Positions 1-13,348 of a stretch of DNA of 64,000 nt are shown here, piece by piece. This DNA is from Blastocatellia bacterium (lineage in GTDB: Bacteria > Acidobacteriota > Blastocatellia > RBC074). The stretch is from positions 9,823 to 73,822 of the forward strand of contig JBJXFI010000413.1 in the NCBI GenBank assembly GCA_046154695.1. Reading direction: 5' to 3'. Each line of letters opens with the position of its first letter. Position 1 is the stretch's first letter. The position numbers and the translations under genes are program-made. The notes beneath the pieces were generated by a model that saw only the letters and a program-made list of their open reading frames with translations, ran no database searches and had not been told where the DNA came from.

Positions 1-52
1 GTCTGGTGGAGTCGGCACAAGCTGGACAGCTTGTGCCACTCTTTCCAAACCC
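1..52. repeat. 3' end of composite palindromic repeat (GGCACAAGCTGGACAGCTTGTGCCAC + TTTCCAAAC tail); same element as at 12104-12322 and 63675-64000
   Basis: bases 14-40 form the perfect palindrome GGCACAAGCTGGACAGCTTGTGCC; flanking tggtgga..gcc..cactctttccaaac matches copies near 63841-63890. Confidence 0.7.
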
Positions 53-108
53 CCGCTAACCTCAATTTCGAGCCAGACCTCCTAAAAAATCCCTTCCGCC
101 GGAGGCTG

Positions 109-123
109 TGGCCAGCCAGTTGC
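109..123 (+). promoter_or_regulatory. sigma-54 (-24/-12) promoter-like site TGGCCAGCCAGTTGC upstream of the GAF/sigma-54 activator gene
   Basis: TGGCCA-N5-TTGC, GG-N10-GC spacing fits RpoN consensus TGGCAC-N5-TTGCW; near-identical 18-mer recurs at 1933. Confidence 0.55.
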
Positions 124-216
124 TTTCCCCCTTCAAATGATTGGCGGGTTCTTTCTTTATTCATACAAAAATGTTAGCTTTTAAATCAGATCGGACAATT
201 ATGTCGAATCTGAAAA

Positions 217-1791
<1,575 letters not shown>

Positions 1792-1932
1792 TCCGTAAAA
1801 AGACGAAAATGTCGGAAAATCCTCCCAAAGCGACAAAAATGTATGGGCGGGGGCTTCGGCGGGGCGGGGGCGAAGGAAGCGCGGCGCCATAATCGCGTGG
1901 ATTGATTGGAGATAGGGGGATGGGGAAGGGTT

Positions 1933-1947
1933 TGGCAAGCCAGTTGC
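1933..1947 (+). promoter_or_regulatory. sigma-54 (-24/-12) promoter TGGCAAGCCAGTTGC about 85 bp upstream of glnN
   Basis: TGGCAA-N5-TTGC with GG-N10-GC; directly downstream of sigma-54 activator gene; gggagag RBS at 2021. Confidence 0.6.
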
Positions 1948-2034
1948 TTCAAAAATGTACGGATCGGACTGTGAGCCGGTTCTCTGCCATATTAAATACG
2001 CGGTACAAATTCAATACACGGGAGAGATGAGACT

Positions 2035-4224
<2,190 letters not shown>

Positions 4225-4245
4225 CTGGATCTTGACGGTTCTGGC

Positions 4246-4284
4246 GCCGGAGACGGGGCATGTGCCCGGTCTCCGGTATTTTCC
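4246..4284 (+). terminator. intrinsic terminator after glnN
   Basis: GCCGGAGACGGGG-catgtg-CCCGGTCTCCGG followed by TATTTTCCC. Confidence 0.6.
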
Positions 4285-4369
4285 CGTCAAGGCCGACGCA
4301 AGCGGGGGGGCGCGTCCGGGGGGCTTTCCCGGCGCGCGCCGCTTACGCTTCAGCATTGCCGGGGAACCC

Positions 4370-4597
4370 ATGAAAACATACAAAATCAACAGCGAGATCT
4401 ATGGCGAATTGATGAACACATTGATGAATGAGCGTTCACGATTCGATTCGGAAGAGGAGTTTCAACGATTCGCCGTCGACGAGGTGCGGCGGTTCATCAG
4501 CGAATTGCGTTCGATCAACATCGAGCTGGCGATGCGCCCCAATTACAGCGGGCGGCCCATCTCCCGGCCCGGCGGGACGCAAAAACCGGCCAGGTAG
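4370..4597 (+). CDS. small hypothetical protein (75 aa)
   Basis: ATG with upstream ggggaa RBS; track ORF 4232 begins with TTG inside terminator so trimmed to the first ATG; no recognisable motifs. Confidence 0.4.
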   Translation: MKTYKINSEIYGELMNTLMNERSRFDSEEEFQRFAVDEVRRFISELRSINIELAMRPNYSGRPISRPGGTQKPAR

Positions 4598-4626
4598 AAT
4601 TTGCTCTCCTGCTATGACGAACATTC

Positions 4627-4665
4627 GCGGGGCGGGGGCTTCGGCCCCCGCCCTCTCTTTATTTG
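4627..4665 (+). terminator. GC-rich intrinsic terminator
   Basis: GCGGGGCGGGGGC-ttcg-GCCCCCGCCC followed by TCTCTTTATTTG. Confidence 0.65.
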
Positions 4666-4728
4666 GGGGGAGTCATTGTTTCGCCTTCCGGCTGAAGGCC
4701 ATTGGCATTCAGCTGGAGGAAAAATGTA

Positions 4729-4826
4729 GGATAACGGAACAGCCGGAAATAACGGAACAAACGAAACAAGACCGGGAAGAGTCCGTTTGTTCCGTTATTT
4801 CCGGCTGTTTCGTGCTCTCTTCTTTT
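4729..4826. repeat. inverted-repeat element family S (GGAAATAACGGAACAAACG ... CGTTTGTTCCGTTATTTCC); second copy at 38563-38645
   Basis: perfect 19-bp arms around a 23-nt loop; 85 percent identical truncated copy upstream of wzm. Confidence 0.75.
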
Positions 4827-4951
4827 ATTCTTTCCCGGCGAAATAATTGCAACCGAAGGCGGGGAGGGATCGTTTTCCGATGTCTGTGGGCCGCGGCGGT
4901 ATCCGCGGAAAAGAAGAAAGACAACGCGGGCCAGGGATCGGAAGCAATGCC

Positions 4952-6175
4952 ATGAGATTTTTCGAGGGAGTCAGAATCGCGCTCAGCAGTTTGCGGGCGA
5001 ACAAGCTGCGGTCCGTCTTGACACTGCTGGGGGTGATCTTCGGCGTGATGACGGTGGTGGCGGTGGCGTCGGTGATCCAGGGGTTTTTCGGCTATGTGGA
5101 TCGAACGGTGACGGCGGATCTGGGATCGAACACGGTGGTGGTGGACAAGTACGGGATCATCGCGAGTTTCGAGGACTACATTAACGCGAGCCGGCGCAAC
5201 AAGGATCTGACGATCGGGGACGCCGCCTATTTGCGGGAACGGCTGACGCTGGCCCGGGAAGTGGGCGTGCAGGGGTTTTCGAGCGCGGAGGTGCGGTCGC
5301 CGTCCGAGAAGATGACCAACGTCAACATCAAGGGCAACACGGCCAACATGGTCAATATCGACGCGACGCAGCCCGAGCTGGGCCGGTATATCAGCGAGCT
5401 GGATGACACCAACCGGCGGACGACGGCGTTGATCGGGGTGGAGATTGCCGACAAGCTGTTCGGGAGCCGGGATGTCGTCGGGCGGGAGATCAAGATCAAC
5501 GGGATGCCGTTCGAGGTGATCGGGGTGGCGAAGGAGCAGGGATCGTTTTTCGGGCAGTCGCGGGACGATTTCGTGATCATCCCGCTTTCGACCCATCAGA
5601 AGATGTGGGGCTCGCGGCAGAGCCTGACCTTTTCATTGAAGGCGCGGGATGGAGTGGACCTGAAGACGTTCGAGGATCAGATCCGCATGCTGATGCGGGC
5701 GCGCCACCGGCTGGGCTACAGCGAAAAGGACACCTTCGGGTTGGTGACGGCGGATGCGATCAACAATTTCGTGCAGGCGCTTTTCGGGATCATTGCCGCC
5801 GTGGCGCTGGGGGTGGTCTCGATCTCGCTGGTGGTGGGGGGAATCGTGATCATGAACATCATGCTGGTGACGGTGACCGAGCGGACGCGGGAGATCGGGA
5901 TTCGAAAGAGTCTGGGGGCGCGCCGCCGGGACATTCTGATCCAGTTTCTGGTCGAATCGACGACGCTTTCGCTGGTGGGTGGCCTGATCGGGCTGGGGGT
6001 GGCGTACGCGATTTCGAAGCTGCTGGTGGCGCTGACGCCGATTCCGGCGGAGCTGCCGGTCTGGTCCGCCGTGCTGGCGATCGGGGTATCGAGCGGCGTC
6101 GGCCTGGTTTTCGGCATCTATCCGGCCTGGAAGGCGGCGAAGCTGGATCCCATCGTCGCGCTCAGATCGGAGTAG
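4952..6175 (+). CDS. ABC transporter permease, FtsX/MacB family (MacB periplasmic domain + FtsX 4-TM)
   Basis: N-terminal LRANKLRSVLTLLGVIFGV TM1, large periplasmic domain, C-terminal FtsX TM bundle with RTREIGIRKSLGA; start taken at ATG 4952. Confidence 0.85.
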   Translation: MRFFEGVRIALSSLRANKLRSVLTLLGVIFGVMTVVAVASVIQGFFGYVDRTVTADLGSNTVVVDKYGIIASFEDYINASRRNKDLTIGDAAYLRERLTLAREVGVQGFSSAEVRSPSEKMTNVNIKGNTANMVNIDATQPELGRYISELDDTNRRTTALIGVEIADKLFGSRDVVGREIKINGMPFEVIGVAKEQGSFFGQSRDDFVIIPLSTHQKMWGSRQSLTFSLKARDGVDLKTFEDQIRMLMRARHRLGYSEKDTFGLVTADAINNFVQALFGIIAAVALGVVSISLVVGGIVIMNIMLVTVTERTREIGIRKSLGARRRDILIQFLVESTTLSLVGGLIGLGVAYAISKLLVALTPIPAELPVWSAVLAIGVSSGVGLVFGIYPAWKAAKLDPIVALRSE

Positions 6176-6182
6176 GAACAAT

Positions 6183-7427
<1,245 letters not shown>

Positions 7428-7591
7428 GCCGCCGCGCCGCCGAATCGTCCCTTTTACCGTGACCCGCCGCCTGGCCGCGCCGCGCCTCCTTTCGCGACGA
7501 TGCTCTCTCCGGCTTGATCGTGAACTTTGCATGCACGTAGAATTCGCGTTGTCGCGTCTCATTCCATGATTGGCCCGCATCGAGAGTTCCT

Positions 7592-8866
7592 ATGTCGAAA
7601 AGAATCCTTTGTCTGTCGGTAACAATATTGGCCCTGGCATCGTTGTGCGCGGGGGACGCGGAGGCGCAGGCGCGGAAGCCCTCGCAGGCCCTGCGCCAGG
7701 TGAATGAGGAAGAGGAGAGGTTGCTGAAGAGCTTCGACAGGGATCTGGGGCGGGGAAAGGCGCAGCCGTATGAGTGGGATGAGCGCACCGAGAGCCTGAA
7801 GCGTTTTGCGGCGCGGCAGGCGCAGGGGTACAACGCCGCCGACTGGAAGGGCGACGAGCTGCTGGCGCTGGCGACGTTGTATCAGACGGCGGAGATGTTC
7901 GCGCCCGCGGCCGAGGCCTATCGCGCCTTCCTGAAGGAAGGGCCGAAGCGCGAGGCGTCGGATGCGGCGACCAGCAGCCTGATTCGCGCGCTGATCGAGA
8001 CGGAGCGGGCGGAGGAGGCGGAGAAGCTGTTCGAGGACTGGCCCTACACGCCGCGGCAGGATCCGGCCGTGCTGCTCGCGCGCGTCGCGCTGCGTCAGGA
8101 TCTGGCCGCGCTTCTGCGCGATCGCGGGAAATTCGACCGGGCGGCCTATCAGGCGCGGGAAGGATACAATGAGGCCGATTCCGTCAATTTTTCGCGGGGA
8201 GCCATCGCGCAGCTCCGGGACGTCACGCAGCGCGCGCAGATGGCGCTGGCCGCGCTGGCGATCGCCTCTTTCGAGCGCGCCGGGAAGAAGGCCGAGGCGG
8301 AGAGCCTGAGCAAGCTGGTCGAAAGGTACGATTTCGCGCGGCAGCCTGCGCTCAAGTCGCTCTATGAGGGAGAGCTACGGATCGCGCGATTGATCGGGCG
8401 GCCCGCGCCGGAATTGATTGTTTCGCGCTGGCTCGATTCGGCCGGAATGCGGGTGGGCGATATGCGGGGGCAGGTCGTTCTGCTCGATTTCTGGGCGATG
8501 TGGTGCAGCCCGTGCATCGCCGCCTACCCACATTTGCGCGGCCTGCAGGCGAAATACGAGGGAAAGGGATTTCAGGTCATCGGCGTCACTCGCTATTTCG
8601 GCCGGTCCGACACGGAGGAGAGCCTCGCGCGGGAGCAGGAGCTGAAGAGCCTGCAGGCCTACAAGGTCAGGCACAAGCTGACCTGGCCGGTCGCGGTCGG
8701 CAAGATGGACGACCCGTCGAACGATGAGGCCTTTGGAGTGGCCTCGCTCCCGACGATCATTCTGATCGATCGCCAGGGCCGCGTGAGGCATTTCAAACGC
8801 GGGGTGGGGGAGTATCCGAAACTCGAAATGCAGATCGAGCGGCTCATCGGGGAAAGGAATGAATGA
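7592..8866 (+). CDS. secreted TlpA-like thiol:disulfide oxidoreductase (redoxin) with N-terminal helical/TPR-like domain
   Basis: signal peptide MSKRILCLSVTILALASLCAG; thioredoxin-fold active site WCSPC. Confidence 0.8.
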   Translation: MSKRILCLSVTILALASLCAGDAEAQARKPSQALRQVNEEEERLLKSFDRDLGRGKAQPYEWDERTESLKRFAARQAQGYNAADWKGDELLALATLYQTAEMFAPAAEAYRAFLKEGPKREASDAATSSLIRALIETERAEEAEKLFEDWPYTPRQDPAVLLARVALRQDLAALLRDRGKFDRAAYQAREGYNEADSVNFSRGAIAQLRDVTQRAQMALAALAIASFERAGKKAEAESLSKLVERYDFARQPALKSLYEGELRIARLIGRPAPELIVSRWLDSAGMRVGDMRGQVVLLDFWAMWCSPCIAAYPHLRGLQAKYEGKGFQVIGVTRYFGRSDTEESLAREQELKSLQAYKVRHKLTWPVAVGKMDDPSNDEAFGVASLPTIILIDRQGRVRHFKRGVGEYPKLEMQIERLIGERNE

Positions 8867-8953
8867 AGAGCGCCGCGGACCTGCCATCAAGGATGAATCG
8901 AACGCCGAGGACGCGCGGATCAGGTGGATTTACGCGGATGATCGGAAAGTAGC

Positions 8954-9469
8954 ATGACGATGTTGTGTCAGTTCTGCGGAGCGCGGCTCCAGCAGCTCGC
9001 CCGGTATTGCAAAAACTGCGGCGCCCGTGTGGGCCGGGAGAAGGATGATCCCGCGCCGGTGTCTGGGCGCGATGTCGTTCCGGCGCAGGACGATGGCGAT
9101 ATCCCCTGGCGGCCGGACGAGACCGCCCTCATCCTGCCCATCGAGCGAGAGTTCCCCCGGGAGTCCCCCTGGGGAGCCGGCGACGGCGGCGACTCCGCCG
9201 AGATCGTTCCGATCGACCCATGGAACGCGCCTTCCGCCCGCCGGGAGAATCCGCCATCGTGGGTTGAGATTCTGGAAGAGGAGACGATCCCGCCGCCCCA
9301 ATCCGAGGACGCATGGGATCCCCGCCCGGAAATCCAGGAATATTTCGCCCCCGCCCCGGCGCGGCGCGAACCTCCCCGGGAGAGGCGGTCAGCCATGCCC
9401 CTCCTCGTCCTGCTGGTCGCGGTGCTCCTGCTCTTCGTCTTCGCCTATCTCGTCTGGCAGGGCGCCTGA
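8954..9469 (+). CDS. zinc-ribbon domain membrane protein, hypothetical
   Basis: CQFCG...CKNCG double CxxC at N-terminus, acidic/Pro-rich linker, C-terminal TM helix LLVLLVAVLLLFVFAYLV. Confidence 0.6.
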   Translation: MTMLCQFCGARLQQLARYCKNCGARVGREKDDPAPVSGRDVVPAQDDGDIPWRPDETALILPIEREFPRESPWGAGDGGDSAEIVPIDPWNAPSARRENPPSWVEILEEETIPPPQSEDAWDPRPEIQEYFAPAPARREPPRERRSAMPLLVLLVAVLLLFVFAYLVWQGA

Positions 9470-9571
9470 AATTCGGCCGGCTCTGTAATTCAACATACTG
9501 GAAAAACATGGCTTCGTGCCGCAGAATGGGGCTTTCCACAATGGCGGTTCCTCTCTGACAATTTCGAAATT

Positions 9572-12010
9572 ATGATCGGCGAAACGATTTCACATTATCG
9601 CATCCTCGAACGACTGGGTGTGGGCGGCATGGGCGAGGTCTTCAAGGCCGAGGACACGCGCCTGCAGCGCCAGGTCGCGTTGAAGCTCATGATGGGCGAC
9701 GAGCGGCAGTTCGACCAGATGCGGGGGCGGTTCCTCCGCGAGGCCCGGGCCGCGAGCGCGATCAGCCATCCCAACATCGCGACCATCTACGAGATCGATG
9801 AGGTGGAGCGCGAGGGGCGTCGATACAGTTTCATCGTGATGGAGTATGTCGAGGGGCGCATCCTGAAGGAGATTCTCGGCGCCGTCTCGCTGATGGAGGC
9901 GCTGGAGATCATCGATCAGATGGTGGACGGGCTGGCGGCGGCGCATGAGCGGGGGATCGTTCACCGGGACATCAAGCCGTCGAACGTGATGGTCACGCCG
10001 GCGCAGCTGGTCAAGATTCTCGATTTCGGCGTCGCGAAATACGCGCCTCCGGTGTTGGAGGACGACGTCACGGCGAGCCTTCTTGCGACGGATGTCATGC
10101 ATACCATGCCGGGGACGGTGGTTGGAACCTACACGTATATGTCGCCGGAACAGGCGCGGGGGCTGGATGTCGATCACCGGAGCGATATCTTTTCGCTGGG
10201 CGTTCTCGCGTATGAGCTGATCACGGGGCGGCAGCCGTTCGAGGGAAAAAACGTGCTGGCCATTGTGGATTCGATTCTTCACAGCGCGCCGCTCCCGCTC
10301 GGACGGTACAACGCGCACGTGAACGGCGACCTGGAGCGGTTCATCTTTCGTATGCTGGAGAAGAGCCGGGATCTGCGGTATCAGAGCCTGCGCGACGCGT
10401 CGGTCGATCTGGAGCAGGTGCGCGTGGGCGTGACCCGCCCGCTTCCGGCGGTGAGTTACGAGACCAACATTGGATATGCCACGCAGTTGCTCCCCGGGGC
10501 GGCGCGCGATTCGGGGACGTTCACGCTGCGGAAACGCTCCGGCAAGAGCGTGGCCGTGCTCAGCTTCACGAATGTGACCCGCCGGTCCGAAGACGACTGG
10601 CTGGGTGTGGGGATCGCCGAGACGGTCACCTCCGATTTGAAGAACATCGAGGGGATCACGGTCATCGGCCGCGAGCGGATCTACGAGGCGCTGCGCCATT
10701 GGAACGAGGACCTGCGGGCCGATTTCGACGAGAAGATGGCGACCCGGATCGGGCAGGAGATCGGCGCGCGCTGGATCATCGGCGGGGCCTATCAGCGCCT
10801 CGGCGACCTGCTGCGCATCACCGCGCGGCTGGTGGAGGTCGAGACGGGCGAGATCGCCAAGACCGTCAAGATCGACGGGATGATCAGCGAGGTCTTCGCC
10901 CTGCAGGACAAGATCGTGTATGAGCTTTCCCGCAATCTCGATCTGAGCATCCGCAGCGGCGAGCGGGAGGCGATCGAACAGCCCGAGACGAATGTGATCG
11001 ATGCCTATGAGGCCTATGTCAAGGGGCAGGAGCTCGCCTTTGCCGGGACGCCAGAAAGCATCGATCAGGCGATTGAACTCGCCCGGAAGGCGATCGCGCT
11101 CGATCCGGCCTATGCGCATGCCTACGCGGTGCTGGCCTATGCCATGACCATCAAGGGGCAGTTCACGTCCGACCGGGAGCTGATCGCGCAGGCGGTCGAG
11201 CATGCCCAGAAGGCCATCGAATTGCGGCCGAATCTGGCCGACAGCTACGGCATTCTCGGCATCGCCTTCACGGCGCTGGATCGCGAGGATGACGCCATCG
11301 GCGCGATCAACCGCGCGCTCGCCTTCGCGCCGAATGACAGCCTGGTCCGCGCCAGCCTGGGCCGCGCCTATTTCGTCGGCAAGGGGAAGTTCAAGGAGGC
11401 CGCGGCGGAATACGATCAGGCGATGGAGAACCCGGGGGAGAATAACTGGATCGCCTCCGCGCTGGCCCATGTGCTGCTCTATACCGGCGATTACCGTCGC
11501 GCGGAGGAACTGGCGCGGGTCTCCATCCAATCCCAGGAGCAGTATGCCCTCAATCACGAGGGCATACAGGTGATCGGCTCCTATATGCGGCTGGGGCAGG
11601 CGCTTTATCTTCAGCGGCGGTATGACGAGGCGATCGCGGAGTTCAAGCGGGAGTTCGAATTTTTACAGACCAGCGGGCACGCGATGCGGGATCGCGTCCT
11701 GATCGAGATTCATCAGAAGCTCGCCTGCGCCTACATGCGGCTCGGAAAAATGGACGAGGCCCGCGACGAATACGAACAGGCCCTGGCCGGTTTCGACGCG
11801 CGTCTGCAACAGGGGGCGGATGACCCTTTCACCAGATATTACATGGCCTGCGCGTCGGCGGTGATGGGCGAAACGGACGCGGCATTCGATCATCTGCGCA
11901 TCGCCATCGAGAGGCGCCGCAACTTCAACGCGGCCCGCGCCCGGGTCGAGTTCGATCTGGAGGGCCTGCGCGAGGACGCGCGGTTCCAGGAACTGATTGA
12001 TCGACGGTAG
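9572..12010 (+). CDS. serine/threonine protein kinase with C-terminal TolB-N-like and TPR repeat domains
   Basis: GVGGMGEVFKA, VALK, HRDIKPSNVMV, DFGVAK, SPEQ kinase subdomains; TPR-like repeats in C-terminal half. Confidence 0.9.
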   Translation: MIGETISHYRILERLGVGGMGEVFKAEDTRLQRQVALKLMMGDERQFDQMRGRFLREARAASAISHPNIATIYEIDEVEREGRRYSFIVMEYVEGRILKEILGAVSLMEALEIIDQMVDGLAAAHERGIVHRDIKPSNVMVTPAQLVKILDFGVAKYAPPVLEDDVTASLLATDVMHTMPGTVVGTYTYMSPEQARGLDVDHRSDIFSLGVLAYELITGRQPFEGKNVLAIVDSILHSAPLPLGRYNAHVNGDLERFIFRMLEKSRDLRYQSLRDASVDLEQVRVGVTRPLPAVSYETNIGYATQLLPGAARDSGTFTLRKRSGKSVAVLSFTNVTRRSEDDWLGVGIAETVTSDLKNIEGITVIGRERIYEALRHWNEDLRADFDEKMATRIGQEIGARWIIGGAYQRLGDLLRITARLVEVETGEIAKTVKIDGMISEVFALQDKIVYELSRNLDLSIRSGEREAIEQPETNVIDAYEAYVKGQELAFAGTPESIDQAIELARKAIALDPAYAHAYAVLAYAMTIKGQFTSDRELIAQAVEHAQKAIELRPNLADSYGILGIAFTALDREDDAIGAINRALAFAPNDSLVRASLGRAYFVGKGKFKEAAAEYDQAMENPGENNWIASALAHVLLYTGDYRRAEELARVSIQSQEQYALNHEGIQVIGSYMRLGQALYLQRRYDEAIAEFKREFEFLQTSGHAMRDRVLIEIHQKLACAYMRLGKMDEARDEYEQALAGFDARLQQGADDPFTRYYMACASAVMGETDAAFDHLRIAIERRRNFNAARARVEFDLEGLREDARFQELIDRR

Positions 12011-12020
12011 TTGAATAAAA

Positions 12021-12103
12021 TCGTTTGGGGTTCCGCCTTCAGGGGGCCGGCCGTTCGCAAAGCCCGGCGGCCTGAAGGCGGAACTCCAAACGATTTCCGA
12101 GGA
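12021..12103. repeat. REP-like nested palindrome (R-family) copy R1: TCGTTTGGGGTTCCGCCTTCAGG ... CCTGAAGGCGGAACTCCAAACGA
   Basis: 22-bp arms, inner CCGCCTTCAGGCGG itself palindromic; copies at 19910, 32419, 44677, 47561 plus half-copies 38662 and 63661. Confidence 0.85.
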
Positions 12104-12322
12104 GCTTTCATGTCGCGTGGCGACGCCCGGAAACAATGAAATGCATGGTGGCACAAGCTGTCCAGCTTGTGCCTGGTGTAAGGTGCGCGTGAAGAGTCCG
12201 GCGGGGCGGGCGCCTGAAGGGGTCTCGTTCGAGGCCCGGACTTTTTCTGGTAGTGTCTGCCAGACACTCTCGGATGCGGCACAAGCTGGACAGCTTGTGC
12301 CACTTTTTCCGAGGAGCGGTTC
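12104..12322. repeat. composite palindromic repeat (P-family) bounded by two 24-bp palindromes GGCACAAGCTGTCCAGCTTGTGCC / GGCACAAGCTGGACAGCTTGTGCCAC, with internal terminator-like module GGGGTCTCGTTCGAGGCCCGGACTTTTTCT
   Basis: about 80 percent identical to 63675-63888 and to window start; ends 1 bp before ATG of 12323 gene and contributes its GAGGAG RBS. Confidence 0.8.
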
Positions 12323-13348
12323 ATGGATGCCCTTTCCCGATTCGAATCCATTCCGCGATTGAATTTCGGCCATTACCCGACGCCGATCGAAGAGCTGCCG
12401 CGGCTGCGGGAGGCGCTGGGGGCGGGCGCGCCGCGCATCTTCATCAAGCGGGACGATTACACGGGGCCGGGGTTCGGGGGGAACAAGGTTCGCAAGCTGG
12501 AATACGTTCTGGCGGGGGCGCGGGCCGAGGGCGCGGATGTCGCCGTCTCGTGCGGCGGAGAGAAATCGAATCACGCGCGGGTGACGGCCGCGTTGTGCGC
12601 GCGGCTCGGGCTGCGCTGCGTGCTGGTGCTGAATCCGGCCGCTGTGACGTATGACGGGCTGACGCCGGCGAGCCTGGCGGCGGACCACTGGTTTGGGGCG
12701 GAGATCGTCCGCGCGGCGAATCGCGAGGAGCGGATCGCGATGCTCGATGCGACGGGGGAGCGGCTTCGCGCGGAGGGGCGCAAGGTCGCGGTGATTCCGC
12801 TCGGCGGCTCGGTTCCCCTGGGCGCGATGGGCTTCGTTCGCGGCGTGCGGGAGACGCTGGCGCAGCTCGATGCGATGAACGTGCGGATTCGCTGGGTGTT
12901 TCATTCGAGCTCTTCCGGCGGGACGCAGGCCGGCATCATTTCAGGCGCGCGGCTCTTCGGCTGGGATGGGGTGCGGGTGCTCGGCGTCAGCCCGGACGAT
13001 CCGGCCGAATCGATTGGCGCAGAGGTCGGGCGCATCATTCGCGGCGTGGGCGAGATGCTCGGCGCGGAGCTCGACGAGCGCGCCGTCGTGCTGGACGATT
13101 ATGCGGGCGACGGCTACGGCATCCCTTCGCCGCGGGGAGAGGAGGCGCTGGCCCTGCTCGCCCGCACCGAAGGCATTCTGCTCGATCCGGTCTATACCGC
13201 AAAGGCCATGGCCGCGCCGCTCGACTGGATCCGCGCCGGGAACATCGCTCCCGAAGAGAATGTCCTCTTCTGGCATACCGGGGGACAACTGGCGCTGTTT
13301 TACGTGCCGGATCATCCCGCGCCCGCGCGAACCCGGGAGAAGAAATAA
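12323..13348 (+). CDS. PLP-dependent D-cysteine desulfhydrase / ACC deaminase family protein
   Basis: collinear with E. coli DcyD (FIKRDD...GGNKxRKLE...SNHxR...LDPVYTxKAM). Confidence 0.8.
   Translation: MDALSRFESIPRLNFGHYPTPIEELPRLREALGAGAPRIFIKRDDYTGPGFGGNKVRKLEYVLAGARAEGADVAVSCGGEKSNHARVTAALCARLGLRCVLVLNPAAVTYDGLTPASLAADHWFGAEIVRAANREERIAMLDATGERLRAEGRKVAVIPLGGSVPLGAMGFVRGVRETLAQLDAMNVRIRWVFHSSSSGGTQAGIISGARLFGWDGVRVLGVSPDDPAESIGAEVGRIIRGVGEMLGAELDERAVVLDDYAGDGYGIPSPRGEEALALLARTEGILLDPVYTAKAMAAPLDWIRAGNIAPEENVLFWHTGGQLALFYVPDHPAPARTREKK

Noticed and set aside
12150-12180. TGGCAC in CATGGTGGCACAAGCTG as a sigma-54 -24 element
   Set aside because: No TTGC/GC dinucleotide at the required GG-N10-GC spacing. 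Better explained as part of the 24-bp palindrome.
11890-12362. Small ORFs 11890..12351-, 12117..12362+, 63651..63899-, 63479..63901-, 38450..38668+, 4428..4955+ with peptides like FGVPPSGG, GGTPN, PEITEQTKQD, VAQAVQLVPHP
   Set aside because: They are translations of the R-, P- and S-family repeats. The same peptides recur wherever the repeats occur, on either strand.
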